64,000 nt of DNA, from positions 7,008,001 through 7,072,000 of the forward strand of contig OZ245838.1 of NCBI GenBank assembly GCA_965228735.1. The letters run 5' to 3'. The DNA comes from Planctomycetota bacterium (GTDB taxonomy: Bacteria; Planctomycetota; UBA1135; UBA2386). This document shows positions 1-10,735 of this stretch, piece by piece. Position numbers and translations under genes: made by a program. The notes beneath the pieces were generated by a model. It had not been told where the DNA came from and made no database searches. It was given only the letters and a program-made list of their open reading frames with translations. Positions within the stretch are counted from its first letter, which is position 1; every line of letters starts with the position of its first letter.

Positions 1-244
1 CCTGCCAGCGCAGGTCGTCGTCCTCGCGCAGGAGCCGCACGCCCTCCTGCGCCGCCGCCGCCGGCTCTCGCCGCAGGTCGTCGAGGATCAACGCGCGCTT
101 CTCGCGGTCGGCGCCCTTGAGCGCGCGCCACAGGACCTCGAGTCGCGACGCCGCGACCTCCTGCGCGGTGGCGGGCCGCGCGGCGATCGCGGTGAGCGCG
201 GTGAGGCCGGCGATGAGCAGCTTCGATCGGCGGGGGAGTGTCAT
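1..244 (-). CDS. Secreted hypothetical protein, possibly HEAT-like helical (5' part only; runs off the window)
   Basis: Read manually from the ATG at 244: MTLPRRSKLLIAGLTALTAIAARPATAQEVAASRLEVLWRALKGADREKR. Signal peptide with ATA-Q cleavage; frame stays open to the window edge. Confidence 0.6.
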   Translation of the reverse strand, partial: MTLPRRSKLLIAGLTALTAIAARPATAQEVAASRLEVLWRALKGADREKRALILDDLRREPAAAAQEGVRLLREDDDLRWQ

Positions 245-561
245 GTAGGGAAAGACGACAATAGGCCGGACAAGCGGAAGAACCGCCCGGTGCGACCCTG
301 AGAACGTTCGATCAAATCGAACCGACCGGGCCGACGCGTCGTCCGTCTGCGGGGCCCTATCGGCGTTCCTACGGCCGATTCGGGGCCGGCGAACGCCAGC
401 CGTTCGCGCGCGGACGGCCACCTCCGAGGTGGCTCGGGTCGGCGGCTTGCGTTAGAAAGTCCGCCCCCAAACGCCAGCTGCACCCGGCCCGGGGTCGATG
501 CAGTGGATCTGGCTACGCGCGCGCCTCGCACTATCGCTCTCAGACTCCTCGGATTGCGCTC

Positions 562-1878
562 ATGAAGACTGCTGTTGTCGGCACCGGCTACGTCGGACTC
601 GTAACCGGTTCGTGTCTCTCGGACGTCGGTATGGACGTCACCTGCGTCGACGTCGACGCCGAGAAGATCGCCAATCTCGAGAAGGGCGTCCTGCCGATCT
701 ACGAACCGGGTCTCGAAGCCATCGTCGAGCGCAACACGTCGTCGGGACGCCTGAAGTTCACGACGAAGCTGGCGGACGCCGTCCAGGACGCGAAAGCCGC
801 GTTCATCGCGGTCGGCACGCCGCCGGGTGAGGACGGCAGCGCGGATCTGCGCTACGTGCTCGGCGTCGCGAAGGAGATCGGCGAGACGATGACGGATTAC
901 CTCGTCATCATCACGAAGAGCACCGTCCCGGTCGGCACGGCGGAGAAGGTCAAGCAGGAGGTCGCGGCGGCGCTGCAGGCGCGCGGGGCCGACATCCCGT
1001 TCGACGTCGCGAGCAACCCGGAGTTCCTCAAGGAGGGGGCCGCGATCGAGGACTTCATGAAGCCCGATCGCATCGTCTGTGGCGTCGAGAGTGACCGGGC
1101 ACGCGACGTCATGGCGCGGCTCTACAAGCCGTTCACGCTCAACGGGCACCCGGTCTACTTCATGGACGTGCCGTCCGCGGAGATGACCAAGTACGCGGCC
1201 AACGCGATGCTCGCGACGAAGATCTCGTTCATGAACGACATCGCCAACCTCTGCGAGCGGCTCGGCGCCGACGTCAACGAGGTGCGCAAGGGCATCGGCA
1301 GCGACCCGCGGATCGGCAATCGCTTCATCTACCCCGGCATCGGCTACGGCGGAAGCTGCTTCCCCAAGGACGTCAAAGCGCTCGTGCGCACCGGCCGCGA
1401 GAGCGGCTACGACCTGCGCATCCTGCAGTCGGTCGAGGACGTCAACGAGTCGCAGAAGCACGTGCTCGCCGACAAGATCACGAAGCACTACGGCGGCGAG
1501 CTCGCCGGCAAGCGCTTCGCGATGTGGGGGCTGAGCTTCAAGCCGGAGACGGACGACATGCGCGAGGCGCCGTCGCTCGTCATCAGTGAGCAGCTGCTGG
1601 CTGCCGGCGCGACCGTGTGCGCCTACGACCCCGTGTCGATGCCCGAGTGCAAGAACATGATCGGGGACAAGATCGACTACGCAGACGACGCGTACGCGGC
1701 GTTGCAGGGCGCCGATGCACTGCTGCTCGTGACCGAGTGGCGCGAGTTCCGCGTGCCTGACTGGAACCGCGTCAAGGCGGCGCTCGAGTTGCCGGTCGTC
1801 TTCGACGGGCGCAACATCTACAGCGGCCCCGAGCTGCGCGGGCAGGGCTTCACCTACTACGGGATCGGCGTCAAGTAA
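562..1878 (+). CDS. ugd: UDP-glucose 6-dehydrogenase
   Basis: GTGYVG Rossmann motif, [17 protein letters not shown], catalytic [18 protein letters not shown]. Confidence 0.96.
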   Translation: MKTAVVGTGYVGLVTGSCLSDVGMDVTCVDVDAEKIANLEKGVLPIYEPGLEAIVERNTSSGRLKFTTKLADAVQDAKAAFIAVGTPPGEDGSADLRYVLGVAKEIGETMTDYLVIITKSTVPVGTAEKVKQEVAAALQARGADIPFDVASNPEFLKEGAAIEDFMKPDRIVCGVESDRARDVMARLYKPFTLNGHPVYFMDVPSAEMTKYAANAMLATKISFMNDIANLCERLGADVNEVRKGIGSDPRIGNRFIYPGIGYGGSCFPKDVKALVRTGRESGYDLRILQSVEDVNESQKHVLADKITKHYGGELAGKRFAMWGLSFKPETDDMREAPSLVISEQLLAAGATVCAYDPVSMPECKNMIGDKIDYADDAYAALQGADALLLVTEWREFRVPDWNRVKAALELPVVFDGRNIYSGPELRGQGFTYYGIGVK

Positions 1879-1907
1879 CGCGCCGCTCCGCCGCCAGCAC
1901 CAACGAC

Positions 1908-2894
1908 ATGCCACGGATCCTCATCACCGGCGCCGCGGGTTTCCTCGGCTCTCATCTCTGCGACCGCTTCCTGAAGGAAGGCTACGAGGTCGTCGGGATG
2001 GACAACCTGATCACGGGTGACCTGCGCAACCTCGAGCACCTGTTCCCCGAGGCGCAGTTCACGTTCTACAACCACGACGTGAGCAACTTCGTGCACGTGC
2101 CCGGGGAGCTCGACTACATCCTGCACTTCGCCTCCCCGGCGAGCCCGATCGACTACCTCAAGATCCCGATCCAGACGCTCAAGGTCGGCTCGCTCGGCAC
2201 GCACAACTGCCTCGGGCTCGCGCGCGCGAAGGGCGCGCGCATCCTCGTGGCGTCGACTTCCGAGGTCTACGGCGACCCGCTCGTGCACCCGCAGACCGAG
2301 GAGTACTGGGGCAACGTCAATCCGGTCGGCCCGCGCGGGGTCTACGACGAGGCCAAGCGCTTCCAGGAGGCCATCACGATGGCCTACCACACGTATCACG
2401 GTCTGGAGACGCGGATCATCCGCATCTTCAACACCTACGGTCCGCGCATGCGGCTCAACGACGGCCGCGTGCTGCCCGCGTTCATCGGCCAGGCGCTGCG
2501 CGGTGAGGACCTGACGGTCTTCGGTGACGGCAGTCAGACGCGGTCGTTCTGCTACGTCGACGACCTCGTCGAGGGCATCTACCGACTGCTCCACAGCGAC
2601 TACCCGTATCCGGTCAACATCGGCAACCCCGACGAGATCACGATCAAGGAGTTCGCCGAGGAGATCATCAAGCTCACGGGCACGCAGCAGAAGGTCATCT
2701 ACAAGGACCTGCCGAAGGACGACCCGACGCAGCGTCAGCCCGACATCAGCAAGGCGCGCGAGATCCTCGGTTGGGAGCCGAAGGTGAAGCGCGCCGAAGG
2801 GCTCAAGATCACCTACGAGGCGTTCAAGCAGCTGCCGCGCGAAGTGCTCTACAAGCAGGAGCACCGCGACTTCGAAGGGTTCGTCCGCAAATGA
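1908..2894 (+). CDS. uxs: UDP-glucuronate decarboxylase (UDP-xylose synthase), SDR family
   Basis: [52 protein letters not shown]. Confidence 0.9.
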   Translation: MPRILITGAAGFLGSHLCDRFLKEGYEVVGMDNLITGDLRNLEHLFPEAQFTFYNHDVSNFVHVPGELDYILHFASPASPIDYLKIPIQTLKVGSLGTHNCLGLARAKGARILVASTSEVYGDPLVHPQTEEYWGNVNPVGPRGVYDEAKRFQEAITMAYHTYHGLETRIIRIFNTYGPRMRLNDGRVLPAFIGQALRGEDLTVFGDGSQTRSFCYVDDLVEGIYRLLHSDYPYPVNIGNPDEITIKEFAEEIIKLTGTQQKVIYKDLPKDDPTQRQPDISKAREILGWEPKVKRAEGLKITYEAFKQLPREVLYKQEHRDFEGFVRK

Positions 2895-3913
2895 AGCAGG
2901 TCCTCGTCACCGGTGGCCTCGGCTTCATCGGCTCGCACACCGCGGTCGAGCTGCTGGCCAAGGGCTACCAGGTCGTGCTCGCCGACAACCTGTCCAACAC
3001 GCGCCCGGAGGTGCTGGACGGTATCGAGGCGATCTCGGGCCAGCGCCCCGAGTGGGTGAACGTCGACCTCGCGGATCAGGCCGCGTGCCGCGCGTTCCTC
3101 GGCGAGCGCCAGTTCGACGGCATCATCCACTTCGCGGCCAAGAAGGCCGTGGGGGAGTCGGTCGACCAGCCGGTCGACTACTACAGCAACAACCTCGGTT
3201 CGCTGTGCCTGCTGCTCGAGCACCTGAGGGGGCGCCCGGAGTGCGCGTTCATCTTCAGCAGCTCGTGCACGGTCTACGGCCAGGCCGACGAGCTGCCCGT
3301 GAGTGAGGACGCGCCGATCAAGCCTGCGGAGTCGCCCTACGGCAACACCAAGCAGATCGGCGAGGAGATCATCCGCGACGCGGTGGCGGCCCACGGCCTC
3401 AAGGCGATCGCTCTGCGCTACTTCAACCCGATCGGCGCGCACCCGTCGGCCAAGATCGGCGAGCTGCCGCTCGGCGTGCCGCAGAACCTCGTGCCCTTCA
3501 TCACCCAGAGCGCCGCGGGCCTGCGCTCTGCGCTCAAGGTCTTCGGCAACGACTACCCGACGCGCGACGGCACGGCCGTGCGCGACTACATCCACGTCGT
3601 CGATCTGGCGCAGGCCCACATCGTCGCCATGGAGCGGCTGCTCGACGGCAAGGCGGACGAGCCGTTCGAGGTGTTCAACCTCGGCACGGGCACGGGCTCG
3701 ACCGTGCTCGAGGTCATCCAGGCGTTCGAGCGCGCGACCGACGTCAAGGTCGCGTGGGAGCACGCGGACCGGCGGGCCGGTGACGTCATCGCGGCGTTCG
3801 CCGACACGAAGCGCGCCGCCGAGGTGCTCGGCTGGCGCGCGGAGCGCACGCTGGAGCAGTGCATGGCCGACGCCTGGCGCTGGCAGCAGGCGATCGGGAA
3901 GGGCCAGGAGTAA
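2891..3913 (+). CDS. galE: UDP-glucose 4-epimerase
   Basis: Start corrected to ATG 2891 (ATGA overlap with the upstream stop). [48 protein letters not shown]. Confidence 0.93.
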   Translation: MKQVLVTGGLGFIGSHTAVELLAKGYQVVLADNLSNTRPEVLDGIEAISGQRPEWVNVDLADQAACRAFLGERQFDGIIHFAAKKAVGESVDQPVDYYSNNLGSLCLLLEHLRGRPECAFIFSSSCTVYGQADELPVSEDAPIKPAESPYGNTKQIGEEIIRDAVAAHGLKAIALRYFNPIGAHPSAKIGELPLGVPQNLVPFITQSAAGLRSALKVFGNDYPTRDGTAVRDYIHVVDLAQAHIVAMERLLDGKADEPFEVFNLGTGTGSTVLEVIQAFERATDVKVAWEHADRRAGDVIAAFADTKRAAEVLGWRAERTLEQCMADAWRWQQAIGKGQE

Positions 3914-3919
3914 CGGCCG

Positions 3920-5329
3920 ATGCGGATCGCGCTGTTCTCCTACGAGTATCCGCCCGAGACCGGCTTCGGCGGCATCGGGACCTACTCGTTCTATCAGGCC
4001 CGCGCGCTGGCCAAGAACGGCCACGACGTGCACGTGTTTGCCGGTTCGACCGAGGACGGCATCCACCACAGCGAACACGAGGGCGTCAAGGTCACGCGCA
4101 TCAAGCGGCAAGGGTGGTTTCACGGCACGCTCGAGGGGCTGCGCAATCGCCGCGCGTGGTGGGCGGCCAACCGACTCGAGACCGGCTTCGGCGCTTTCGA
4201 GGCGTTCCGGCACCAGATGGACAAGACACCGTTCGACTTCATCGAGGCGCCCGAGTGCGGCGCCGACTCGATGATGACGAGCACGCTGCTCGACGTGCCG
4301 ACGGCGATCAAGTTCCACTCGCCGGCGCGCCTGATCATGAACATCTACGACGTGCCCAAGATCGACCGCGAGATGACCGCGTTCGTCGAGCAGGTCGGGA
4401 TCAATCAGGCCACCGTGCTCACGTCATGCAGCCGCTTCCTCGCCGACGACGTCGCGGCGAAGATGAACGAGAAGAAGCCGATCCACGTGATCGGCAACGG
4501 CATCGACGTCGAGCTGTTCGACCAGGACACGGGCGTCGACGTCTACGCCAAGTGGAACCTGCCGAAGGACAAGAAGCTCATCTTCTTCGCCAACCGGATG
4601 GAGGAGCGCAAGGGCATCCACATCGTGCGTGAGATGGTGCAGCGGTGTCTCGCGAAGTACGAGGACATCGCGTTCGTCTTCGCCGGGCGTGATCTCTTCG
4701 GCTACATGGAGAAGCAGATCCTGCCGTGGGTGCAGGACAACGGCCTGCAGGAGCGCTTCTTCTACGTCGGTGGGCTGGATCTGCCGCACGTGCGCGCGAT
4801 GCAGAAGGCCGCGAGCATCTTCCTCGTCGCGAGCCTGTGGGAGAACGCGCCGTACTCGTGCATCGAGGCGATGACCGCGCGGTGCGCGATCGTGAGTTCG
4901 GATTGTGGCGGCATGCCGGAGCTCATCGACGATCACCGCACGGGGTTGCTCGCGCGGAACGGCGACCCTGACTCCTTCGTGAAGGCGCTCGAGGAGATGA
5001 TCGAGGATGATTCTCTGCGCGAACGCTGCGGCGAAGCCGCGCGCGCGGAGGTCGAGAAGCGCTTCACGGACGTCCACATCGCGAAGCAGAGCGTCGAGGT
5101 CTACCAGAGCTATCTCGACGGCGCGCCGGCCGTGACGGAGGGTCAGACGGAGCGAGTGGCACGGGTGCAGGCTGCCGAAGCCGGGATCAACGCGACCGAG
5201 GCCGGTGAACTCCGTGCGCGAATCGCGGCGCTGGAGAGCGAGCTCGCGATCCTCAAGACTCGCCGTGAGTGGCGATGGGGCCGCCGGCTCTTGAGCATCA
5301 CCACGCTCGGTCGCAGCGGGCGCGGATAG
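3920..5329 (+). CDS. Glycosyltransferase family 4 with C-terminal coiled coil and basic amphipathic tail
   Basis: EYPPETGFGGIGTY N-terminal motif, RMEERKG, ENAPYSCIEAM (EX7E), tail ELRARIAALESELAILKTRREWRWGRRLL. Confidence 0.9.
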   Translation: MRIALFSYEYPPETGFGGIGTYSFYQARALAKNGHDVHVFAGSTEDGIHHSEHEGVKVTRIKRQGWFHGTLEGLRNRRAWWAANRLETGFGAFEAFRHQMDKTPFDFIEAPECGADSMMTSTLLDVPTAIKFHSPARLIMNIYDVPKIDREMTAFVEQVGINQATVLTSCSRFLADDVAAKMNEKKPIHVIGNGIDVELFDQDTGVDVYAKWNLPKDKKLIFFANRMEERKGIHIVREMVQRCLAKYEDIAFVFAGRDLFGYMEKQILPWVQDNGLQERFFYVGGLDLPHVRAMQKAASIFLVASLWENAPYSCIEAMTARCAIVSSDCGGMPELIDDHRTGLLARNGDPDSFVKALEEMIEDDSLRERCGEAARAEVEKRFTDVHIAKQSVEVYQSYLDGAPAVTEGQTERVARVQAAEAGINATEAGELRARIAALESELAILKTRREWRWGRRLLSITTLGRSGRG

Positions 5330-5446
5330 AGCGGAAGATTGCCGGTCCCTGGGCCGTGCTGGGCGGGTGGCGCGTGGCCAGCTGTTCGCATAGCGTCCGG
5401 TCTCGAGTTCGCGCCGTGCGCCACAGCGGCGCTCGAGAAGGGATCG

Positions 5447-6481
5447 ATGAACCGCAATGAGAATGAACAGCGTTCGCCCGGCAGCATCTCGGGTGGCGTC
5501 GGCGCAGTGGAGAGACGGACCGACCTGGCCGTTCCGCAGCTAGCCAGTGAGCTGTTCGCCGCGGTGCAGGAACTCGGAGACCTCCGCGGATCGGAGCACG
5601 TCGTCCGGTTGCTGGGAACCCTGGTCGCGAACCTGGAGGCCAGGCTCGATACCCCCGGGAATCGGTTCGCCAGAACCAAAACCGGTCACGCCGCCCGCAT
5701 GCTCCTGGCTCACCCCGACATGAGCCTCGAGCGAGTTCGCGGTGGGACGTTCGTCGACTTCGGCTGCGGGGCCGTCAGTCCGTTATCCAGCCTCGTCGTG
5801 CTCAAGGCCCTCGGTGCCGCGCGCTGCATCGGCATCGATCTCGATGCACTCGCAGAGACGATCGCCGTGCGTGCCATGGCCCGGACGGCCCTGGAGTTGA
5901 TGGGCGAGCCGACGCTGTACTTCCCCTCCCGGCGACTCGATCGCGAGTACGTGCAGGCCAACCTTCGCGGGCTCGACATCCGCGCCTGCCTGGAGGGTGA
6001 ACACAAGGGCATGCTCGCGGCGTTGGGGTCGTTTCCGGTCGAGTACCGACGCGCGAGAGCGGAGAACACGGGGCTCGATGATGCGAGCGTCGATGGCGTC
6101 ACGAGCTTTTCGTTTCTCGAGCACGTGCCCGATCCGGACGCCGTGATCGCCGAGATGGCGCGCGTCTGCAAGCCCGGCGCCGTCGGTCGCCACACGATCG
6201 ACGGCGCCGATCACCGCAGCTACTCGAACCCCAAGATCGGTAGGCTCCAGTTCCTGTACGAGAGCTCGGGCGAGCCCATTCTGTACGGCTGCAACCGGAT
6301 CCGGCCGCTCGACTTTGTCCCCATCTTCGAGCGCCATGGCTTCGAGGTGGTGGAGCACTCGGCGACACGAAGCGAATCAGTGAGCGCGAAAGATCGTTCG
6401 CGAATGGCGGAACCATACCGTTCGATGCCGATGGCGACGTTGTCGACGCTGGGCGCGCAGGTGTCGTTGCGTCGGCGCTGA
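5447..6481 (+). CDS. Class I SAM-dependent methyltransferase
   Basis: VDFGCG motif I; DDASVDGVTSFSFLEHVPDPDAVIAEMARVCKPG. Start taken at ATG 5447 after GAAGGGA. Confidence 0.8.
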   Translation: MNRNENEQRSPGSISGGVGAVERRTDLAVPQLASELFAAVQELGDLRGSEHVVRLLGTLVANLEARLDTPGNRFARTKTGHAARMLLAHPDMSLERVRGGTFVDFGCGAVSPLSSLVVLKALGAARCIGIDLDALAETIAVRAMARTALELMGEPTLYFPSRRLDREYVQANLRGLDIRACLEGEHKGMLAALGSFPVEYRRARAENTGLDDASVDGVTSFSFLEHVPDPDAVIAEMARVCKPGAVGRHTIDGADHRSYSNPKIGRLQFLYESSGEPILYGCNRIRPLDFVPIFERHGFEVVEHSATRSESVSAKDRSRMAEPYRSMPMATLSTLGAQVSLRRR

Positions 6482-6503
6482 ACGCGATCTCTGATCCGGC
6501 GCC

Positions 6504-7409
6504 TCAGCCCTTGACGCGGCCGACGACCGCGATGCCGTTACTCTGCACCTCGAGCGAATACTGCTGCTGGGGCGTGACGAGCCGCAGGGCGCCGGCGGGC
6601 AGGTCATGGGTTGCACCGCCGATCTCGATTCGGCTGCCGGCGACGGACGCGACGACGAGTTCGTCGGTCGCCGACTTGCGCGCATGCCGGCCAGGCGCGA
6701 GCACTTCGAGGGTCAGGTGGTCGCCGCGCAGCGTGGTGACGGCAGACCCCGGTTGCCACACCGTCGGCCGGCGTTCGGGCCTCGTCGCCGCGAGGGCGTC
6801 GTCGATCTGCAGCGGTCGGCCGCTGCCGTAGTCGTAGAGGCGATAGGTGCAGTCTGCGGGCTGCTGCAGCTCGGCGATGAGACAGCCGCCGCCGATCGCG
6901 TGCACGGTGCCGGCCGGCACGAGGATGACCGTGCCGGCGCGGACGGGGATCGCCTCGATCATCGCGAGCAGGTCACCGCCGCTCTCGGGGGCCTGCTCGG
7001 AACGTCGGACGGCCGCCTCGAACGTGGCGCGGTCGACGCCCGGCTTGATGCCGGCGATCACCTGCGCATTGGCGTCCGCCTCGAGCACGACCCAGGCCTC
7101 TTCCTTGCCGGGCCGCCCGCTGTCAGGGTCGTCCGTCGGGTGGACCTGAACACTCAGGGGCTGGGAAGTGTCGAGTAGCTTGGCGAGGAACGGCAACTCG
7201 CGCCCCAGCACTTCGCCGAGGCGTCGGCCGTCGCTACGACTCTCGCTGCCGGGCATCGTCGAGAACTCCCACGACTCGCCGATCGGCCGCGCGATGCCGG
7301 GTGGCGCGTTGCGGAGCTTCGCGAGCCTCGGTCCGCCCCAGGGCCGCGTCTTGAGGGTCGCGGGGCCCGGTTCCGGGGTGAGCATGGCGGGCTGCGGTGT
7401 CGACGTCAT
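6504..7409 (-). CDS. manA: Mannose-6-phosphate isomerase (type I, cupin)
   Basis: RPWGG, GESWE, LSVQVHP, GKEEAW, PAGTVHAIG, DCTYRLYDY. Start at 7409 or 7385. Confidence 0.85.
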   Translation of the reverse strand: MTSTPQPAMLTPEPGPATLKTRPWGGPRLAKLRNAPPGIARPIGESWEFSTMPGSESRSDGRRLGEVLGRELPFLAKLLDTSQPLSVQVHPTDDPDSGRPGKEEAWVVLEADANAQVIAGIKPGVDRATFEAAVRRSEQAPESGGDLLAMIEAIPVRAGTVILVPAGTVHAIGGGCLIAELQQPADCTYRLYDYGSGRPLQIDDALAATRPERRPTVWQPGSAVTTLRGDHLTLEVLAPGRHARKSATDELVVASVAGSRIEIGGATHDLPAGALRLVTPQQQYSLEVQSNGIAVVGRVKG

Positions 7410-7443
7410 CGCGGTGGTCGTTGGGCGGGCCGGCGCTGCCTGC

Positions 7444-8187
7444 TCACTGCGTGAGCATGTAGCTCCAACGGCCGAGCGCCGCCTGGACTTCGTCATAGTT
7501 CGCGATCTCGTCGCGCAGCGGGCCGCCGGCGAGTTGCGCGACCTTGATGGCGAGTTCCGGGCTCGGATCGAGTCCGAGGAACTCGACGGCCTTCTGGCCG
7601 CCGACTTTGGGGTCTGCGGCCAGGTCTTCGTAGGTCACGTCGAGTGTCGGGTTGGTCGCGAATGTGCGCTCGGCCTCGGCAGTCTCGCTCTCGGCGCGCG
7701 GGATGTCGGCCAGCAACCGCCCGATGTCGACGACGATGGGCTCGGGTGGGCGCTTCGGAACGTCGTCCCTGACCGATCGCTGATACACGCTGGACTGGCG
7801 CGCTCGTTCGGAGGAAATGAACCGTCGTAAGAGGTTGCTGCGCTTGATGTGTACGACCTTCCACTCGCTGTCGCGCGCGACGAGGTCACGAATGACCGGC
7901 ATCGTAGCCGTCTGGTAGTAGAGCAGTTTGAACCCGATTGCCCGGATCTCCCGCGTCGCGCTGCGCTCGAACAGTTGCTCGAGGAACTGCAGCGGGTCGG
8001 TCTCGCGCAGCTGCAAGAGCCTCGCGTCGTCGCGCAGCGACAGCACGGGCCAATCGAGCACTCCGTCCTCGATCTTCTTCGGGTGGAAGATCTCGCCGCC
8101 TGCGATCGCATTGGGATGGGATCCGATGAGCCCCTGGAGGAGCGTCGTGCCGGTTCGGGCATTCCCGATGATGAGAAACTTCTGCAT
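7444..8187 (-). CDS. PAPS-dependent sulfotransferase, NodH/Stf0-like (copy 3)
   Basis: 5'-PSB loop ARTGTTLL, SHP..GEIF, GFKLLYYQ, 3'-PB KRSNLLRRFIS, YEDL. Confidence 0.85.
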   Translation of the reverse strand: MQKFLIIGNARTGTTLLQGLIGSHPNAIAGGEIFHPKKIEDGVLDWPVLSLRDDARLLQLRETDPLQFLEQLFERSATREIRAIGFKLLYYQTATMPVIRDLVARDSEWKVVHIKRSNLLRRFISSERARQSSVYQRSVRDDVPKRPPEPIVVDIGRLLADIPRAESETAEAERTFATNPTLDVTYEDLAADPKVGGQKAVEFLGLDPSPELAIKVAQLAGGPLRDEIANYDEVQAALGRWSYMLTQ

Positions 8188-8218
8188 GGGGTTCGCGGTT
8201 CCTGGGCGTCCAGGGAAG

Positions 8219-9067
8219 CTACGACTTCCCGTGCGAGAAGTCGCGCAGCAGCGCGCGACACGGTGCCATCAGCGCCTGCGTGGCGTCATCGTGCATCTCG
8301 GGCGTCGGGTAGTAGTGGTTGTACAAGAATCCGTCCGTGTCGCGGCGCGTGCCTTCAACGGCAGTCGGGGCGCGCCAAAGCCTCTGTGGGAAGCCGCGGC
8401 GAGAGACCGACTCGACATACTCGGATGCCTCGGGGCGAATCGCGTCGATCGTCGATCGGTCGACGAACTGCGGATACGGGCCCACGAGGTCGTGCACGGA
8501 CCCGAACTCCAATGTGTAGTCCGGCGATCGCGTCGCGAACCAGAACAGCACGGTCGGTCGACCGATCTCCGTCAACAGCGCTCGAAACTGGGCGACAAAG
8601 TCGGCGCGGGTTTCCTGAACGATCTTCTCGACGAAGTCGCGCGGCTTCGTGCGAAGGAGCTCCGCGAGCAGGGGTTCGAGGCGCCCGCGTTCTCCGGTCG
8701 CGGTGATGGTGCCCTGAATGTCACCGTCCGTGCGGAACGCCGAGTTGCTCGCGCTGCGGCCAGAGAGGACCTGGGCGATAACGAGGCGCGCGCCTTGCAG
8801 TACTCGCATCAGGCCCGGCTTGCGATAGAACGCGGGCCCGGTCCCACCGATCGCCAGGTTGAGCACGGGCAGCTCTAGGGCCTCCTGCAGCTGTGATGGG
8901 TACGGCCGCTCGCAGAAGCGACCGAACGTCTGCGCTGCTCCGATGCAGGCCGCATACGGCTGGTCGAAGTCGACCCCAGGGCCGCGGATCGGTCGCGGGA
9001 TCCCCTCGATGTCGATGATCCCGTAGTCGATGAACGGCTCGTCGAGCCTCTGGTAGTAGCGCGACAT
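8219..9067 (-). CDS. DUF6473-like protein (SGNH-like fold)
   Basis: IRGP...ACIGAAQTFGRF..RPYP..L...L..PVLNLAIGGTGP and C-terminal YYPTPEMH match the DUF6473 pattern from memory. Confidence 0.6.
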   Translation of the reverse strand: MSRYYQRLDEPFIDYGIIDIEGIPRPIRGPGVDFDQPYAACIGAAQTFGRFCERPYPSQLQEALELPVLNLAIGGTGPAFYRKPGLMRVLQGARLVIAQVLSGRSASNSAFRTDGDIQGTITATGERGRLEPLLAELLRTKPRDFVEKIVQETRADFVAQFRALLTEIGRPTVLFWFATRSPDYTLEFGSVHDLVGPYPQFVDRSTIDAIRPEASEYVESVSRRGFPQRLWRAPTAVEGTRRDTDGFLYNHYYPTPEMHDDATQALMAPCRALLRDFSHGKS

Positions 9068-9073
9068 CGTCGG

Positions 9074-9832
9074 TCAGTTGTCGAAGTACGATACCCAGGA
9101 TGCGAACATCGCTCGCAGCTCGTCGTGGTTGCGGATTGCGTCTTTCAGTGGGTCGGTGCCGGTCTTGCGCTCGCCGAGTTCCAGGTCCCTGGGCGGCAGG
9201 CCGAGGAAGTCGAGTACGGCGACCGCCACGGACTGCGGGTCGCTCTCGAGGTCTTCGTAGGAGACGTGGTGGATCGACTTGTTGGCGAACGTCTCGTCAA
9301 TGAGCCGTTCCTTGTTCATGTGGACGAGGTAATCGCGGACACAGAGGCGGAAGTCGATGTGCACGGGTCGAGGCGCGGGCTTCCTGGCGCCGTCCTTGGC
9401 CGAGTTCTTCCACTTGTCGCTCTGTTGCGCGCGCGTGTGCGACAGGAACCGGCGGAGTCGGTTGTGGCGCTTGATGTGAATCACGCGCAAGTCCGGAATG
9501 CCCTGCAGGAAGTCCACGACCTCCGGGTTGCGCTCGGCCTGGTAGTACATGAGCTTGAAGCCGAACGCGCCGAGTCGCTGGCCGGTCGCGATCTGGCCGA
9601 GTTCGGCGAGCATGGCGTTCTTGTCGGTCTTGCGCAGCGCGACCAGATCGTCGCGATCCCATACCGGTGGCCACGGGATCGGGTCATCGAGGTGACGGCC
9701 GTTGAAGATCTCGCCCGCGGCGCCGATCTCGGGGTGCGACCGCAGCATGGAGACGAGCAGGTTCGAGCCGGTGCGCTCGGCACAGCAGATCACGAACCAC
9801 GTGGGCGTAGTCTCGGGGCCGCCGGCGTTCAT
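9074..9832 (-). CDS. PAPS-dependent sulfotransferase, NodH/Stf0-like (copy 2)
   Basis: ERTGSNLL, SHPEI..GEIFN, GFKLMYYQ, KRHNRLRRFLS, YEDL. Confidence 0.87.
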   Translation of the reverse strand: MNAGGPETTPTWFVICCAERTGSNLLVSMLRSHPEIGAAGEIFNGRHLDDPIPWPPVWDRDDLVALRKTDKNAMLAELGQIATGQRLGAFGFKLMYYQAERNPEVVDFLQGIPDLRVIHIKRHNRLRRFLSHTRAQQSDKWKNSAKDGARKPAPRPVHIDFRLCVRDYLVHMNKERLIDETFANKSIHHVSYEDLESDPQSVAVAVLDFLGLPPRDLELGERKTGTDPLKDAIRNHDELRAMFASWVSYFDN

Positions 9833-9838
9833 TCGCAG

Positions 9839-10600
9839 TCAGGAGATTGCCGGGTCGTCGGCGAGGAACTCTGCCCACGGCGTACCGGAGAACGCCGTCG
9901 CGAGCTCGTCGAAGTTCTCTATCACGGCGGACAACGGCTGCACGACCTGGCGTCTCGTGCCTTGTTCGAGGTGGTGGCGCGGTGCGCCGAGGAAGTCGAG
10001 AATGCGTTCCGAGTAGCCGGTGGGGTCTGCCGCGAGGTCTTCGTAGACAATCTCGAGCGTCGCGTGGTCGCGGAAGAACTCGTCGCCCTCGCGTTCGTAG
10101 CCGATCGTCCGCTCGAAGGACTCGATGCACTGCTTCGGCCACAGCTTGATCGTGACGTCCGAGTGGGCCTCCTTGTCGGAGCTGATCGACCACTTCTTCG
10201 TCAGCTTGGCGAGCTTCTCTGAGAGGTGCTTGCGGAGTCGGTTGCGGCGCTTGATATGCAGCACTTTCAGGCTCGGGTCCGATCTGAGGTGGAGCCAGAC
10301 GGACTCCCAGTTCGGCTCGCGGGCGTGATAGTAGAAGATCTTGAAGCCGACGAAACGCGTCTTCGGCCCCACGTTCGTGAACACCCGTTGTTCGAGGAAT
10401 CGAACCGGGTCCGACGCCCGCAGTTCGAGATCACCCGCGCCCTCGCGGGGGTGGCCGCCCCAGAGAATCTTGTCGGGTTCTGAGTCGTTGAACAGCTCGT
10501 TCATGCACCGAATCTCGGGGTGTGAGTTGAGCATGCTCACGAGCAGGTTGGAGCCCGTGCGCCCGCAGCCGAGTACGATGAATCGCTGAACGTCAGACAC
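9839..10600 (-). CDS. PAPS-dependent sulfotransferase, NodH/Stf0-like (copy 1)
   Basis: GRTGSNLL, SHPEI..ELFN, GFKIFYYH, KRRNRLRKHLS, YEDL. GTG start preceded by TAACCT-6 nt. Confidence 0.88.
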   Translation of the reverse strand: MSDVQRFIVLGCGRTGSNLLVSMLNSHPEIRCMNELFNDSEPDKILWGGHPREGAGDLELRASDPVRFLEQRVFTNVGPKTRFVGFKIFYYHAREPNWESVWLHLRSDPSLKVLHIKRRNRLRKHLSEKLAKLTKKWSISSDKEAHSDVTIKLWPKQCIESFERTIGYEREGDEFFRDHATLEIVYEDLAADPTGYSERILDFLGAPRHHLEQGTRRQVVQPLSAVIENFDELATAFSGTPWAEFLADDPAIS

Positions 10601-10735
10601 GACGTCAGGTTAGCCCGGAACGCAGGCGATTCGAGGTCCGATCCCGATTCGAGAGGCCCCGTCCCTTCGGGGTTTCGAGCCGGTTGTCGGGTATCGAACG
10701 TGCCCTGGCATCGGCGTGGTGGTCACGATCGAGCT

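Noticed and set aside
245..561. Several hairpins in the divergent intergenic region before ugd (e.g. GCCACCTC-C-GAGGTGGC, GTTCGAT-CAA-ATCGAAC) as a riboswitch or ncRNA
   Set aside because: No recognisable riboswitch consensus; short stems are common at high GC.
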